Below, piece by piece: positions 39,500 through 49,978 of a stretch of DNA of 64,000 bases. The DNA is from Bacillota bacterium (GTDB lineage Bacteria; Bacillota; UBA994), in NCBI GenBank assembly GCA_009773495.1, contig WSXW01000002.1:50864-114863 (forward strand), read 5' to 3'. The position numbers and the translations under genes were made by a program. Each line of letters starts with the position of its first letter. The stretch's first letter is position 1. The notes under the pieces were generated by a model, which saw only the letters and a list, made by a program, of their open reading frames with translations, had not been told where the DNA came from and made no database searches.

Positions 39500-40765
39500 A
39501 TGTTCAAATTTGACGACAAGAACTCCGTAAAGTGTTCGTTCTGTGGCAAAGCTCAGGAACAAGTTAAGAAGCTCATTGCGGGACCTGGGGTTTATATCTG
39601 TGATGAGTGCGTTGAGCTATGTATGGAAATTGTGGAAGAGGAGTCCCACCACGAGAATGAGGGGGAATTAAAAGAGATTCCTAAGCCCAAGGAGATCAAG
39701 GAGTTTTTAGATCAGTGGGTTATTGGGCAGGACGATGCCAAGCGAGTTTTAGCTGTCGCTGTCTATAACCACTACAAGCGCATCTACTCCTCGGGCGGCA
39801 AGAGTGACGACGTTGAACTGACTAAGAGCAATATCGCCCTAATTGGCCCAACCGGTGTTGGTAAGACATTGCTAGCGCAAAGCCTAGCCAAGCTCCTCAA
39901 TGTACCATTTGCTATTGCGGATGCTACTTCGTTGACAGAGGCAGGATATGTGGGAGAGGATGTTGAGAATATCCTCCTCAAGTTAATACAGAGCGCGGAT
40001 TACGACATTGAGCGGGCAGAAAAGGGCATTGTGTATATTGATGAAGTAGATAAGATTGCACGCAAGTCCGATAATCCTTCAATTACCCGCGATGTTTCTG
40101 GTGAAGGAGTGCAGCAGGCGCTGCTTAAAATACTTGAGGGCACGGTAGCCAGCGTACCGCCTCAAGGCGGACGTAAGCATCCGCACCAAGAGTTCCTGCA
40201 GATAGATACTACTAATATTTTGTTTATTTGTGGTGGCGCTTTTGATGGTTTGGATAAAATTATTCAGAACCGCATTGGTAAGAAGAACATGGGCTTCGGC
40301 GCTGAGATCAGATCGCGCACGGAGGCACCCATAGGAGAACTGCTCAAGCAAGTTCTTCCTGCGGATTTGCTAAAGTTCGGCCTTATTCCTGAGTTTGTCG
40401 GGCGCATACCAGTCATTGCCACCTTAGACCAGCTCGATGAGCATACCTTAGTGCGCGTGTTGACCGAGCCTAAGAATGCTCTCACTAAGCAATTCGGAAA
40501 ACTTCTTGAATATGATGGAGTCGTTCTTGAGTTTAGGGAAGAGGCCTTGCGGGCAATCGCGCGCGAGGCGATTAAGCGCAATACAGGCGCTAGGGGCCTT
40601 CGTGCGATTATGGAGAAAATTATGCTTGATGTGATGTATGATGCACCATCAAATGGTGATATCAAAAAATGCATTGTGACCGAAGAAGTGATATTGAATG
40701 GTGAACCACCGTTACTTGTTCAAGATGTAGCTAAGAGCAAGAAGAAAAAGGGAGTAACCGCCTGA
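39500..40765 (+). CDS. clpX: ATP-dependent Clp protease ATP-binding subunit ClpX
   Basis: C4 zinc finger CSFCG...CDEC; GPTGVGKT; GYVGEDVE; RKH loop. Confidence 0.98.
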   Translation: MFKFDDKNSVKCSFCGKAQEQVKKLIAGPGVYICDECVELCMEIVEEESHHENEGELKEIPKPKEIKEFLDQWVIGQDDAKRVLAVAVYNHYKRIYSSGGKSDDVELTKSNIALIGPTGVGKTLLAQSLAKLLNVPFAIADATSLTEAGYVGEDVENILLKLIQSADYDIERAEKGIVYIDEVDKIARKSDNPSITRDVSGEGVQQALLKILEGTVASVPPQGGRKHPHQEFLQIDTTNILFICGGAFDGLDKIIQNRIGKKNMGFGAEIRSRTEAPIGELLKQVLPADLLKFGLIPEFVGRIPVIATLDQLDEHTLVRVLTEPKNALTKQFGKLLEYDGVVLEFREEALRAIAREAIKRNTGARGLRAIMEKIMLDVMYDAPSNGDIKKCIVTEEVILNGEPPLLVQDVAKSKKKKGVTA

Positions 40766-40770
40766 AATCG

Positions 40771-40802
40771 GTGAGGTAGTCAGTAGACTGCCTCATTTTT
40801 TT
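40771..40802 (+). terminator. Intrinsic terminator after clpX
   Basis: GTGAGGTAGTC-agta-GACTGCCTCAT followed by a T-run. Confidence 0.75.
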
Positions 40803-40839
40803 CTCGCCTTAGGCACACACTATGTTAGAGGTGAGAGCG

Positions 40840-42486
40840 GTGGACTTTGGAAGCATGTTCTACGTAGTACAAGTGTTCTTCGCAATAGTAATCGGACTGT
40901 ACTTTCTAAACCTACTTCGCTCGCAACAGGGAAGCAAAGTGGCGGTGGAAAAAGAATCCCGTAAAGAAACAGATAAGCTGCGTAAACTCAGGGGGATTAC
41001 TTTAACCGAGCCGTTGTCTGAGCGCACCCGCCCCAGCAAATTTGCCGATGTTGTGGGTCAAGCAGATGGGGTCAAAACCCTCCGTGCGGCACTATGCGGG
41101 ACTAATCCGCAGCATGTTATTATCTATGGTCCGCCGGGCGTAGGCAAAACAGCGGCGGCACGCCTTGTATTAGAGGAGGCTAGGCGGACACCAGGGTCAC
41201 CATTTGGATCTGAGGCCAAATTCATTGAATTAGATGCTACGACAGCTCGTTTCGACGAAAGAGGAATCGCCGATCCCTTAATTGGGTCTGTTCATGACCC
41301 CATTTACCAAGGGGCCGGTGCCATGGGCATGGCCGGTATACCTCAGCCCAAACCTGGTGCCGTCACTAAGGCTCATGGCGGGGTACTCTTTATAGATGAG
41401 ATTGGCGAGCTTCATCCTATTCAAATGAATAAGCTCCTTAAGGTGCTTGAAGACCGTAAAGTTTTTTTGGAGAGTGCCTACTACTCATCTGAGGATAGCA
41501 ATGTCCCATCTCATATTCATGATATCTTCCAAAATGGACTTCCGGCAGACTTTCGTTTGGTAGGCGCAACTACCCGATCTCCGGAACAACTTCCCCCGGC
41601 TATCCGCTCACGTTGTCTGGAGATATTTTTTCGACCCCTCAGGAGTGAGCAGCTAGCTCAAATTGCCCAGAATGCCGCCGATAGAATCGGTATTATATTA
41701 GAAGATAGCGCCAACAACCTGTTGTCACGCTACGCTCACAATGGGCGTGAAGCAGTGAACATTATCCAGATTGCCGCTGGTGTTGCTGGAGGCGAAGGGC
41801 GTAATCAGCTGTCCGCTTCGGACATTGAGTGGGTGATCAACTCCACTAACTGTACACCGCGCCATGAACCGAAGATACCCTCAGAGCCTGCCATTGGTGT
41901 CGCAAACGGTCTAGCGGTGTTCGGTCCTGCCCTAGGTACAATTCTTGAGTTAGAGGTCTTAGCGACCCCAGCTAGAGGCCGAGGGATAGTAAAGGTAACA
42001 GGCATAGCTGAAGAAGAAGAGATCGGCAACACGCAGCACGTTATACGCCGCAAAAGCATGGTCTCTAATTCGGTAGACACAGTAATTACAGTGCTGAAAG
42101 GGCTTTTAGAAGAAGACCCGCGCAAGTACGACTTGCACATCAACTTTCCTGGTGGAATTCCTGTAGATGGACCCTCAGCCGGAGTGGCCATGGCGGTTGC
42201 TTCTTACTCAGCCATTAAGAAAATACCCGTCAACAATTTAGTTGCTATGACCGGTGAAATCTCTGTGCGGGGTTTAGTCAAGCCAGTAGGTGGAGTTGCG
42301 GCCAAGCTAGAGGCAGCCACCTTCGCAGGGGTGAAAGTGGCGCTAATCCCAGCCGAGAATTGGCAAGAAAGTTTCGCCAGAATTTCTGGCCTTAAGGTCA
42401 TCCCTATCAAGCACATAAATGAGGCGTTAGAGCTCTGCTTTGTAGCAAGGCCAGATATACGAGTAGAATTAATCACTGCGACGTAA
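40840..42486 (+). CDS. lonB: Sporulation ATP-dependent protease LonB
   Basis: N-terminal TM; GPPGVGKT; DGPSAG Lon protease motif; between clpX and lon. Confidence 0.95.
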   Translation: MDFGSMFYVVQVFFAIVIGLYFLNLLRSQQGSKVAVEKESRKETDKLRKLRGITLTEPLSERTRPSKFADVVGQADGVKTLRAALCGTNPQHVIIYGPPGVGKTAAARLVLEEARRTPGSPFGSEAKFIELDATTARFDERGIADPLIGSVHDPIYQGAGAMGMAGIPQPKPGAVTKAHGGVLFIDEIGELHPIQMNKLLKVLEDRKVFLESAYYSSEDSNVPSHIHDIFQNGLPADFRLVGATTRSPEQLPPAIRSRCLEIFFRPLRSEQLAQIAQNAADRIGIILEDSANNLLSRYAHNGREAVNIIQIAAGVAGGEGRNQLSASDIEWVINSTNCTPRHEPKIPSEPAIGVANGLAVFGPALGTILELEVLATPARGRGIVKVTGIAEEEEIGNTQHVIRRKSMVSNSVDTVITVLKGLLEEDPRKYDLHINFPGGIPVDGPSAGVAMAVASYSAIKKIPVNNLVAMTGEISVRGLVKPVGGVAAKLEAATFAGVKVALIPAENWQESFARISGLKVIPIKHINEALELCFVARPDIRVELITAT

Positions 42487-42580
42487 GCCCGCACTAGCGG
42501 GCTGTTTTTCTGTGGCGTATACTATTCTTACCGCATATAACATAATCACGACACAAACGTAGCTCCTAGGAGGTGTCACC

Positions 42581-44905
42581 TTGAACATTAACCAACTTCC
42601 ATTGCTCCCCCTGCGGGGCTACCTAGTATTCCCCCATAGCATGTTGAACCTCGACGTCGGTAGGGTTAAGTCAGTCGATGCTGTCAATGCTGCTATGCAA
42701 GATGATGGGCAGATCATACTAGCGACTCAGGCTGATGTAAATGTCGAAGACCCCACTTCAGAGGATATTCATTCCGTAGGTACATTAGCGATTATTAGAC
42801 AGGTCATTGCGCTACCCGGAGGCACAGTACGTGTTCTTGTAGAAGGTCAATCACGTGTTCTGATCAAACGGGTTGTTTCCGACCAGCCATACATGATAGC
42901 AGATGTCGAAGTACTGCCTGATCATATCGACGACGCTGTTTTTTGTGAGGCTCTTATGCGTCGTCTATTGGAGAGTTTCGAGCAGTTTGTCAAAGTAGGC
43001 AAGAAAATTGCTCACGAAGTCTATGCTACAGTGAGCTCAATTGATGCGCCGGGCCATATGGCGGATACTATTGCTTCGCACCTCAGTCTGGCGATTGAAG
43101 ACAGGCAGAGTGTTTTAGCGACCCATGACGTTGCTGAGCGTCTAGAACGAGTAGACGAGTATGTGGCACGTGAACTCGAGATCTTGGAAATTGAAAAACG
43201 ATTGGGTCAAAGAGTGCGTAAGCAAATGGAAAAAAACCAACGGGAGTATTATCTGCGCGAGCAAATGAAGGCAATCCAAAAAGAACTCGGACAGAAAGAC
43301 GAGCGAGTAGCCGAATCTGACGAGTTACGACTTAGAATTGAGCAGCTGAAGTTACCAAAAGAAGTTGAGGAGCGGTGCCTTAAAGAAGTGGACCGCCTTG
43401 AACGCATGCCTCCTGGCGTGGCTGAGGCGGTTGTGGTACGTAATTACCTCGACTGGACCTTGGCTTTGCCGTGGAATAATCAAACAGAAGACGAACTTGA
43501 CATTCGCAAAGCTGAGGCTATTCTTAATGAAGACCATTATGGCTTAGAGAAGGTAAAAGCCCGCATATTAGAGTTTTTGGCCGTTCGTCATCTCACAAAT
43601 ACACTCAAGGGTCCCATACTGTGTTTGGTAGGCCCCCCGGGTGTAGGCAAGACATCTTTAGCTCGATCTGTCGCTCGCTCTCTTTCACGCAACTTTGTAC
43701 GTATGTCTCTCGGAGGCGTGCGTGACGAAGCTGAGATTCGAGGTCATCGGCGTACCTATGTCGGCGCCATGCCCGGAAGAGTAATCCAAGGCTTGCGCCA
43801 GGTCAAAACTCGTAATCCCGTCTTCTTGCTCGACGAAATAGACAAGATGAGTATGGATTTTCGTGGCGATCCATCGGCAGCTCTCTTAGAGGTGCTAGAT
43901 CCAGAGCAGAATAATACCTTTGCGGATCACTACGTTGAATTATCATTTGACTTGTCGCAGGTATTGTTCATAACTACCGCTAATTCTCGATATAGCATCC
44001 CGCGGCCTCTGCTCGACCGTATGGAATTAATTACTATTTCTGGCTATACAGAAGAGGAGAAAGTTCAAATAGCCCTGCGACACCTGATTCCCAAAGCCTT
44101 CGCTGCACATGGTCTGACTGAATCTCAGATATCTATTAGTGAAGCAGCGGTGCGAAAAATTACAAATGAGTACACACGTGAGGCCGGTGTGCGGAATTTA
44201 GAGCGTGAAATTGCTAGCGTGTGTCGAAAGGTTGCCAAGGAAATAGTTGGAGGGCATGCAAAAATCATAGCTATTAATGTGCAGAACCTGCATAGCTATT
44301 TGGGAGCTCCTCGTTTCCGCTATAACTTAGCTGAACAGCGCGATGAGGTTGGCATTTCGACCGGGTTAGTTTGGACCGAGGTGGGAGGCGATACAGCAAC
44401 AATCGAGGTCACTGTGATGAATGGGAAGGGTAGCCTCATTCTCACCGGACAGCTAGGTGAAGTAATGCGGGAATCAGCTCAAGCAGCCTATAGTTACATT
44501 CGGTCGCGCGCAGGCGAGCTTGGCATCGATACGGAGTTCTATCAAAACAACGATATCCACGTCCATATTCCTGAAGGGTCAATCCCTAAGGACGGACCTT
44601 CTGCAGGCATAACGCTAGCAACTGCGTTAGCATCAGCATTGGCTAAAAGGCCTGTGCGTCACGAAGTAGCCATGACAGGGGAGATCACTTTGCGCGGGAG
44701 AGTCCTGCCTATTGGCGGGCTAAAAGAAAAACTCTTGGCGGCACATCGCTCTGGGGTGAAGACAGTGTTAGTGCCGCGGGACAACAAACGAGACCTAGAC
44801 GAAGTCCCACGCAATATCTTACGTAAGCTTACGATTCATCTAGTCGACAATATGTCAGAGGTATTAGACTTGGCACTGCTTCCCAGAATTGATAGTCATG
44901 TTTAA
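42581..44905 (+). CDS. lon: Endopeptidase La (LonA)
   Basis: LPLLPLR N-domain; GPPGVGKTS; PKDGPSAG; GGLKEK. Confidence 0.98.
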   Translation: MNINQLPLLPLRGYLVFPHSMLNLDVGRVKSVDAVNAAMQDDGQIILATQADVNVEDPTSEDIHSVGTLAIIRQVIALPGGTVRVLVEGQSRVLIKRVVSDQPYMIADVEVLPDHIDDAVFCEALMRRLLESFEQFVKVGKKIAHEVYATVSSIDAPGHMADTIASHLSLAIEDRQSVLATHDVAERLERVDEYVARELEILEIEKRLGQRVRKQMEKNQREYYLREQMKAIQKELGQKDERVAESDELRLRIEQLKLPKEVEERCLKEVDRLERMPPGVAEAVVVRNYLDWTLALPWNNQTEDELDIRKAEAILNEDHYGLEKVKARILEFLAVRHLTNTLKGPILCLVGPPGVGKTSLARSVARSLSRNFVRMSLGGVRDEAEIRGHRRTYVGAMPGRVIQGLRQVKTRNPVFLLDEIDKMSMDFRGDPSAALLEVLDPEQNNTFADHYVELSFDLSQVLFITTANSRYSIPRPLLDRMELITISGYTEEEKVQIALRHLIPKAFAAHGLTESQISISEAAVRKITNEYTREAGVRNLEREIASVCRKVAKEIVGGHAKIIAINVQNLHSYLGAPRFRYNLAEQRDEVGISTGLVWTEVGGDTATIEVTVMNGKGSLILTGQLGEVMRESAQAAYSYIRSRAGELGIDTEFYQNNDIHVHIPEGSIPKDGPSAGITLATALASALAKRPVRHEVAMTGEITLRGRVLPIGGLKEKLLAAHRSGVKTVLVPRDNKRDLDEVPRNILRKLTIHLVDNMSEVLDLALLPRIDSHV

Positions 44906-45539
44906 GGTTATGTCAGCGGAAATAGTACTCTCGGCTCTAAGGCTCAATCACATGCCTACAGAGGGGCTGCCTGAGATTGCTCTGATTGGCCGGAGCAATG
45001 TAGGAAAGTCTTCCTTGGTCAACGCTATGCTCGGAAGAAGAAGTCTGGCCCGCATTAGCTCTAGCCCCGGCAAAACACGTCTGATGAACTTTTACCTGAT
45101 TAACCAAGAGTTCTACCTTGTAGATGTGCCTGGCTATGGCTATGCGAAATTTGCACAAACCGAACGCTTAGAGCTGCGAAAATATCTTGAGGTATACTTG
45201 GCGAAACGAAATCAGCTACAGCTCGTAGTACAACTGGTGGACTTTCGCCACCCACCTTCGCGCGAGGATATCATTATGCACGTTCTCGTAAGAAATAGTG
45301 GGGTTGCTCTAAAGGTGGTGGCAACAAAGGCAGATAAAGTAGCTCGCTCGCAGCACCAAGCACATGAAAAAATGCTGCTAGAGGCCTTGCGGCTTCACCC
45401 TGGCGAGCTAATAGTGACGTCCGCTTCCGGGAAAAGCGGCATCGATGAGTTATGGACCCATATCGCTGATGCATTTCCCGATGTGTTAGGAGGTTGCAGC
45501 ACTATTGAGCAGGTTGAGGATACTAAAGGTAGAAATTAG
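44898..45539 (+). CDS. engB: Ribosome biogenesis GTPase YsxC/EngB
   Basis: [26 protein letters not shown]. Confidence 0.95.
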   Translation: MFKVMSAEIVLSALRLNHMPTEGLPEIALIGRSNVGKSSLVNAMLGRRSLARISSSPGKTRLMNFYLINQEFYLVDVPGYGYAKFAQTERLELRKYLEVYLAKRNQLQLVVQLVDFRHPPSREDIIMHVLVRNSGVALKVVATKADKVARSQHQAHEKMLLEALRLHPGELIVTSASGKSGIDELWTHIADAFPDVLGGCSTIEQVEDTKGRN

Positions 45540-45603
45540 CGGTAAAAAAAATGGGATTTAGTAATTTAGAGTTTGGAATAATAAAATGGAGGAAGGAATA
45601 AAA

Positions 45604-46629
45604 ATGGGGCTAAAGGTGGTTCTCCTCTACAACCTTATAGGAGAGGTGCAGGAGTCTGAAGAAGATCCTCCTGACTCGCAAGCGGAATTTGACTCAGAAA
45701 GTACAATACGCGCGATCAAGGACGCCTTAGAACAGCTTGGATGTGATGTGACATGTCTAGATGGTGGACCTACCGCATTCTTTCGCTTAGCCAACAGTAA
45801 CTTTGACCTCGCCTTTAACATTTGCGAAGGACGCAAGGGTAGGAATCGGGAGGCACAGATCCCCGCCATCCTTGAGATGCTCGGCATCCCTTATACTGGA
45901 TCAGATGTATTGACCTTAGCTGTCAGTCTAGATAAGGCCGCTACGAAGAAGTTATTGGCCTACGATGGGATACCAACCCCGTGCTTTCAAGTTTTTCACG
46001 ACTCTTCGGAGCCATTAGACGCACACCTGCGCTTTCCCTTATTCGTAAAGCCTGTCCATGAGGGATCCTCCATGGGCATTAGTGCGAGTTCGAAGGTTAA
46101 CGATGAGACTGAACTGCGGCGTCAGGTCGATTTCGTCTGTAGCACCTACCGTCAGCCAGCCTTAGTTGAAGAGTTTATTGCCGGCAGGGAGTTTACCATT
46201 GGAATTATTGGCAATGGTTTAGAGATTCGCACACTGCCTATCATGGAAATTGATTTTTCGAAGGTTTCTTCTGAAGCAAATGGTATTTACACCTATCAGT
46301 TTAAGAAGGAGTGGACAGCGCGGGAGAACTTTTTGTGTCCAGCTCCCGTCGATGGGGAAATTGCAGAGCACATGCGTTGTATAGCTCTCCGCGCATTTCA
46401 TTCTATCGGCTGCAGAGACTATGCACGGGTCGACTTTAGGCTTTCAGAAGACGGCATACCTTATGTTATCGAGATTAATCCACTGCCTGGTTTAGCCCCA
46501 GGGTACAGTGACTTTCCCGTTTCAGCCGAAGCAGCAGGGCTACAGTTCCCGCAACTCATCGCTGAAATACTTAACACCGCTATTTGCCGCGTGCGCGGAG
46601 TCAGCTTACTGGCTAGAACGGCAACTTAG
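45604..46629 (+). CDS. D-Ala-D-Ala ligase-like ATP-grasp protein
   Basis: GIPYTGS, DK..TK, FVKPVHEGSSMGI, EEFIAGREF, RVDFR, EINPLPG; N-terminus is non-canonical. Confidence 0.85.
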   Translation: MGLKVVLLYNLIGEVQESEEDPPDSQAEFDSESTIRAIKDALEQLGCDVTCLDGGPTAFFRLANSNFDLAFNICEGRKGRNREAQIPAILEMLGIPYTGSDVLTLAVSLDKAATKKLLAYDGIPTPCFQVFHDSSEPLDAHLRFPLFVKPVHEGSSMGISASSKVNDETELRRQVDFVCSTYRQPALVEEFIAGREFTIGIIGNGLEIRTLPIMEIDFSKVSSEANGIYTYQFKKEWTARENFLCPAPVDGEIAEHMRCIALRAFHSIGCRDYARVDFRLSEDGIPYVIEINPLPGLAPGYSDFPVSAEAAGLQFPQLIAEILNTAICRVRGVSLLARTAT

Positions 46630-46710
46630 GAGCGTGGGGGACACACCGCTTTTTCTATAGTCTACAAATCACTAACCCAACTTTCGACCGATCTCCTCCA
46701 AAACACGCGA

Positions 46711-46935
46711 GTGGTAGGCAGCTCCTTTTGGCTCCTTAACTTATTCTTGGGAGAGATGTGCGCTACAGATCTTGACTGGAGTGGCCACAATTCTTGGTAT
46801 TGATGCTCTATTCTATTGGTGCTCTGCCCTTTATACCGGACACCAGTGTTTTAGGCATTTTATATTACGATACCTATAGGAACTATTGTCTTCACACTGG
46901 GTGTCTCGAGAATTGAGTTATATCGTAAACACTAG
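46711..46935 (+). pseudogene. Possible degraded membrane-protein gene
   Basis: Hydrophobic segments spread over different frames (VVGSSFWLLNLFLG; LQILTGVATILGIDALFYW; FYITIPIGTIVFTLGVSRIELYRKH*), followed by a terminator. Confidence 0.3.
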
Positions 46936-46960
46936 AGTCAGGATCGGTAGCCTCATACAA

Positions 46961-47004
46961 AAAGACAGTCTCCCTGGGATTCCAGAGAGACTGTCTTTCT
47001 TATT
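46961..47004. terminator. Intrinsic terminator
   Basis: AAAGACAGTCTC...GAGACTGTCTTT followed by CTTATT. Confidence 0.75.
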
Positions 47005-47029
47005 GCTAATCGGGATGGGTACTGGGCCT

Positions 47030-47100
47030 CCACGAGTCAGTGCCTCGTGGCTACACTAACGTGTGGTACGCTGAACGACGGTGTAATACACCGCCGCTAC
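47030..47100 (-). repeat. Two 25-nt GTAG-plus-hairpin (REP-like) units
   Basis: Minus strand: GTAG-CGGCGGTGT-att-ACACCGTCG (47076-47100) and GTAG-CCACGAG-gcactga-CTCGTGG (47030-47054). Confidence 0.45.
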
Positions 47101-47104
47101 CAGC

Positions 47105-47155
47105 AGCTAGGAGCTAGGACCGCCATGCGCTATGCGCTATGTGCCATGTGCAACC
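47105..47155. repeat. Heptamer tandem repeats
   Basis: AGCTAGG x2; CGCCATG-CGCTATG-CGCTATG-TGCCATG. Confidence 0.75.
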
Positions 47156-47158
47156 CCG

Positions 47159-47204
47159 TCAGTAGGAAAGCAGGAACGCTATCGCGCTCCTGCTTTCCTA
47201 CTGA
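47159..47204 (-). terminator. 17-bp stem hairpin at the end of the ABC permease gene
   Basis: TCAGTAGGAAAGCAGGA...TCCTGCTTTCCTACTGA. Confidence 0.6.
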
Positions 47205-48040
47205 TGGTGCGCCACTATTTTCTTTTCGAACAACACCACAAGCTGATACATTACCGCTGCCGCTACTGCTAAGAGCAGCACACTGGTCATAACTAAGTGC
47301 ATGTTGAGCACCTGGCCGCCGTAGATGGCAAGGTACCCAAGCCCCGCACGGGATACGAGGAACTCACCCACAATAACACCGACCCATGATAGCCCTACGT
47401 TGACCTTCAGCGCGGACAGGATCGTTGGCAGGCTCCCTGGTAGCACGATGTATTTGAATGCCTGCCACTTTGTAGCTCCAAAGGAATTTACCAGCTTAAG
47501 CTTTAATGGGTCTACCTCTTGAAAGCCGCTGTGCACGACGAGAATAGTGGTGATCAAGGATATGGCTAAAGCCATAGCGACAATTGTGGTGGGGCTAGTA
47601 CCTAACCACACAATAAACAAGGGGCCTAGAGCAATCTTAGGCAAGCTGTTAAGCACAACTAGGTAGGGATCCAAAGTGCGGCTGACATTTGGCCACCACC
47701 ATAGAACGGCGGCAAGCAAGGTGCCGATTACAGTGCCACCTATAAAGCCAATTACGGTCTCCAGGCTAGTTACGCCAACATGTAAATATAGGCTGCCATT
47801 TGCGTGTAAAGAAAGCACTGTTTGCCACACCCGGGTAGGACGACTGACTAGAAAGGCATCGACTATTTTGTGCTCTGCGGCGAATTCCCACAGGGTGAAG
47901 AAGCCCACAAGCAGAGCAATTTGTATTAAGGTAATTGTGGCACGGGTAAGTAACACCTTAGCAAGATAATCCGCATGCTCTTCTGTCTGCGCCTGCTTAC
48001 TCAAGTAGTATCGTCTAAGAAGTTTTTTCAGTAGCAACAC
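47198..48040 (-). CDS. NitT/TauT-family ABC permease (YtlD-like)
   Basis: NSLPKIALGP; EAA-like SFGATKWQ.F..IVLP; IVGEFL....GLGY. Confidence 0.9.
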   Translation of the reverse strand: MLLLKKLLRRYYLSKQAQTEEHADYLAKVLLTRATITLIQIALLVGFFTLWEFAAEHKIVDAFLVSRPTRVWQTVLSLHANGSLYLHVGVTSLETVIGFIGGTVIGTLLAAVLWWWPNVSRTLDPYLVVLNSLPKIALGPLFIVWLGTSPTTIVAMALAISLITTILVVHSGFQEVDPLKLKLVNSFGATKWQAFKYIVLPGSLPTILSALKVNVGLSWVGVIVGEFLVSRAGLGYLAIYGGQVLNMHLVMTSVLLLAVAAAVMYQLVVLFEKKIVAHHQ

Positions 48041-48800
48041 TTAACTCCATCTCCTCCCAGATGCGGTTAAAGTACTTCCCGAACTCTGGAGCACGCCGCC
48101 GGAGCAATGGTTGCTTTTCTCCCGCAGAGAGTTCGATAGGCAAATTCCATTTCACCCTACCAGGGCGGTTAGTTAAGACAATTACCCGGTCGCACATGGC
48201 GATGGCCTCAGGTATGTCGTGTGTAACCAGTACGCAAGTCTTGCCCGACTTTCTTAGGATGGTGCTTACATCATTCTGCAGGGTTAGTCTCGAGGTATAG
48301 TCTAGGGCTGAAAAGGGCTCATCTAGTAGGCAAATAGCGGGCTCGGTAGCCAGTGTGCGCACCAAAGCCACTCTCTGACGCATACCGCCTGATAACTGAC
48401 GCGGGTACAAATGGCGGAATTCCTCCAAGCCATACTCATTGAGTAGGGTTACGGTGGTCAGGCGCTTTTCGGCACTGACGCGGCCCATAATTTCAAGCCC
48501 GAGTAGAGCATTCCCTTCAATAGTGCGCCACTCCAGTAGGCAATCCTGTTGAAGCATATAGGCCGATTGACTACTTGGGCCCCGGACCTCTTGACCAAAG
48601 ACTTCTACCCGGCCCGAAGTAGGCAGCAGTAAACCGGCAATGAGCGACAGCAGCGTCGATTTGCCGCTGCCGCTCGGTCCTACTATGCCCACGAACTCTC
48701 CCTGCTCTATCGCGAGATCTACGCTATTAACGGCATGGACTTCCCCTTTTTCGGTCATGTATTTGAGGCTGACGCGATTAAGGCGGATAGCAGTTGTCAT
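48015..48800 (-). CDS. NitT/TauT-family ABC ATPase (YtlC-like)
   Basis: GPSGSGKS, LSGGMRQR, LLDEPFSALD. Confidence 0.93.
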   Translation of the reverse strand: MTTAIRLNRVSLKYMTEKGEVHAVNSVDLAIEQGEFVGIVGPSGSGKSTLLSLIAGLLLPTSGRVEVFGQEVRGPSSQSAYMLQQDCLLEWRTIEGNALLGLEIMGRVSAEKRLTTVTLLNEYGLEEFRHLYPRQLSGGMRQRVALVRTLATEPAICLLDEPFSALDYTSRLTLQNDVSTILRKSGKTCVLVTHDIPEAIAMCDRVIVLTNRPGRVKWNLPIELSAGEKQPLLRRRAPEFGKYFNRIWEEMELSVATEKTS

Positions 48801-48826
48801 GGGCAACCTCCTTACAGCCGTGAGCC

Positions 48827-49831
48827 CTATTTAATGGCTTCTACAGCTTTTTGTGCAAATGTCGTGTTTACAACCTTTTCGTAAGGTACCTTGACTGTTA
48901 GTTCACCGGCTTGGATCATTAAGTTCTGCAAATTATCCAGGGCTTCTGCGGGTAATATAGGGTTAGCAGCCCAGACTCCTAGGATCTTGTAACGCTCAAT
49001 TATCTCTGCCATATGGGACTGATCCATGTCTGGGAATGAAGGTGCGATGGTTTTTGCGATGTCGGACGCAGAAGACTTATGCACCCATAATTGAGCCTTA
49101 TAAATTGCACGGGTAAAATTCTCGATTACACTAGGGTTTTTCTCCATGTAGCTTTTGGTAGCATGGAATACAGTGTAGGGGAGAATACCGCTAGTCTTAC
49201 TCATGGATGTGACTACGTAACCGGCTCCTGTTTTGACGAGTAAGCTAGCGCCAGGTTCCCATACCTGTAAATAGTCGCCTATGCCTTCTTTAAAGGCGGC
49301 AGCTGTTGCTGTCAACCCTATATTCTGAACAATCTCTACATCTTTCTGTGGGTTAAGGCCATTAATAAGCAGGCTGTGCTCTAGAACCATTTGGGGAACG
49401 CCGCCTTTGCGGCCTCCAATAATGACTTTCCCTCGAGTTTCAGTCCAAGCGAAATCATCACGTTGTTCGCGTCCTACGAGAAAGGAACCGTCTTTTTGGC
49501 ATAAGAGCCCAAAGGCAATAATCGGGTTTCCCGCACCTTGGTTCCAAGTGTATACTGCCGCTTCGGAACCAAAAAGGGCAACTTGGGCACTGCCGGAGAG
49601 TAAGGCCGCCGCACCTTTATCAGCGCCATTGGCAACATCAATACGTACATTGAGGCCTTCCTCTAAAAAGAACCCCTTATGTAAGGCCACGTATTGCGGA
49701 GTGTAAAAGATAGAGTGTATCACTTCAGACAGAACAATGTCAGTAACAGTTTTTTCTTTTTTACAGCCTCCCAGTGTCAATACGCTGATCAGCATCGCCG
49801 CGAGCGCCATGAAAACAAGCAGTTTGCGCAT
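48827..49831 (-). CDS. NitT/TauT/NMT1-family substrate-binding lipoprotein (YtlA-like)
   Basis: LGGC lipobox; HSIFYTPQYVA...GFF.EEGL; upstream sigK-like AC-N17-CATACTAT. Confidence 0.9.
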   Translation of the reverse strand: MRKLLVFMALAAMLISVLTLGGCKKEKTVTDIVLSEVIHSIFYTPQYVALHKGFFLEEGLNVRIDVANGADKGAAALLSGSAQVALFGSEAAVYTWNQGAGNPIIAFGLLCQKDGSFLVGREQRDDFAWTETRGKVIIGGRKGGVPQMVLEHSLLINGLNPQKDVEIVQNIGLTATAAAFKEGIGDYLQVWEPGASLLVKTGAGYVVTSMSKTSGILPYTVFHATKSYMEKNPSVIENFTRAIYKAQLWVHKSSASDIAKTIAPSFPDMDQSHMAEIIERYKILGVWAANPILPAEALDNLQNLMIQAGELTVKVPYEKVVNTTFAQKAVEAIK

Positions 49832-49978
49832 TCTTTGACCTCCTTCAAACTTTCGATGTCACATAGTATGCAGAGGGGCATGTTCGAGTTACTGAACAAA
49901 TAGGGTTTAGCTATTGCTAAATTGCTTTGTATACATTATTCTTTGTGCTAAAGGGATCTAATTTGAGGAGTGATAATT

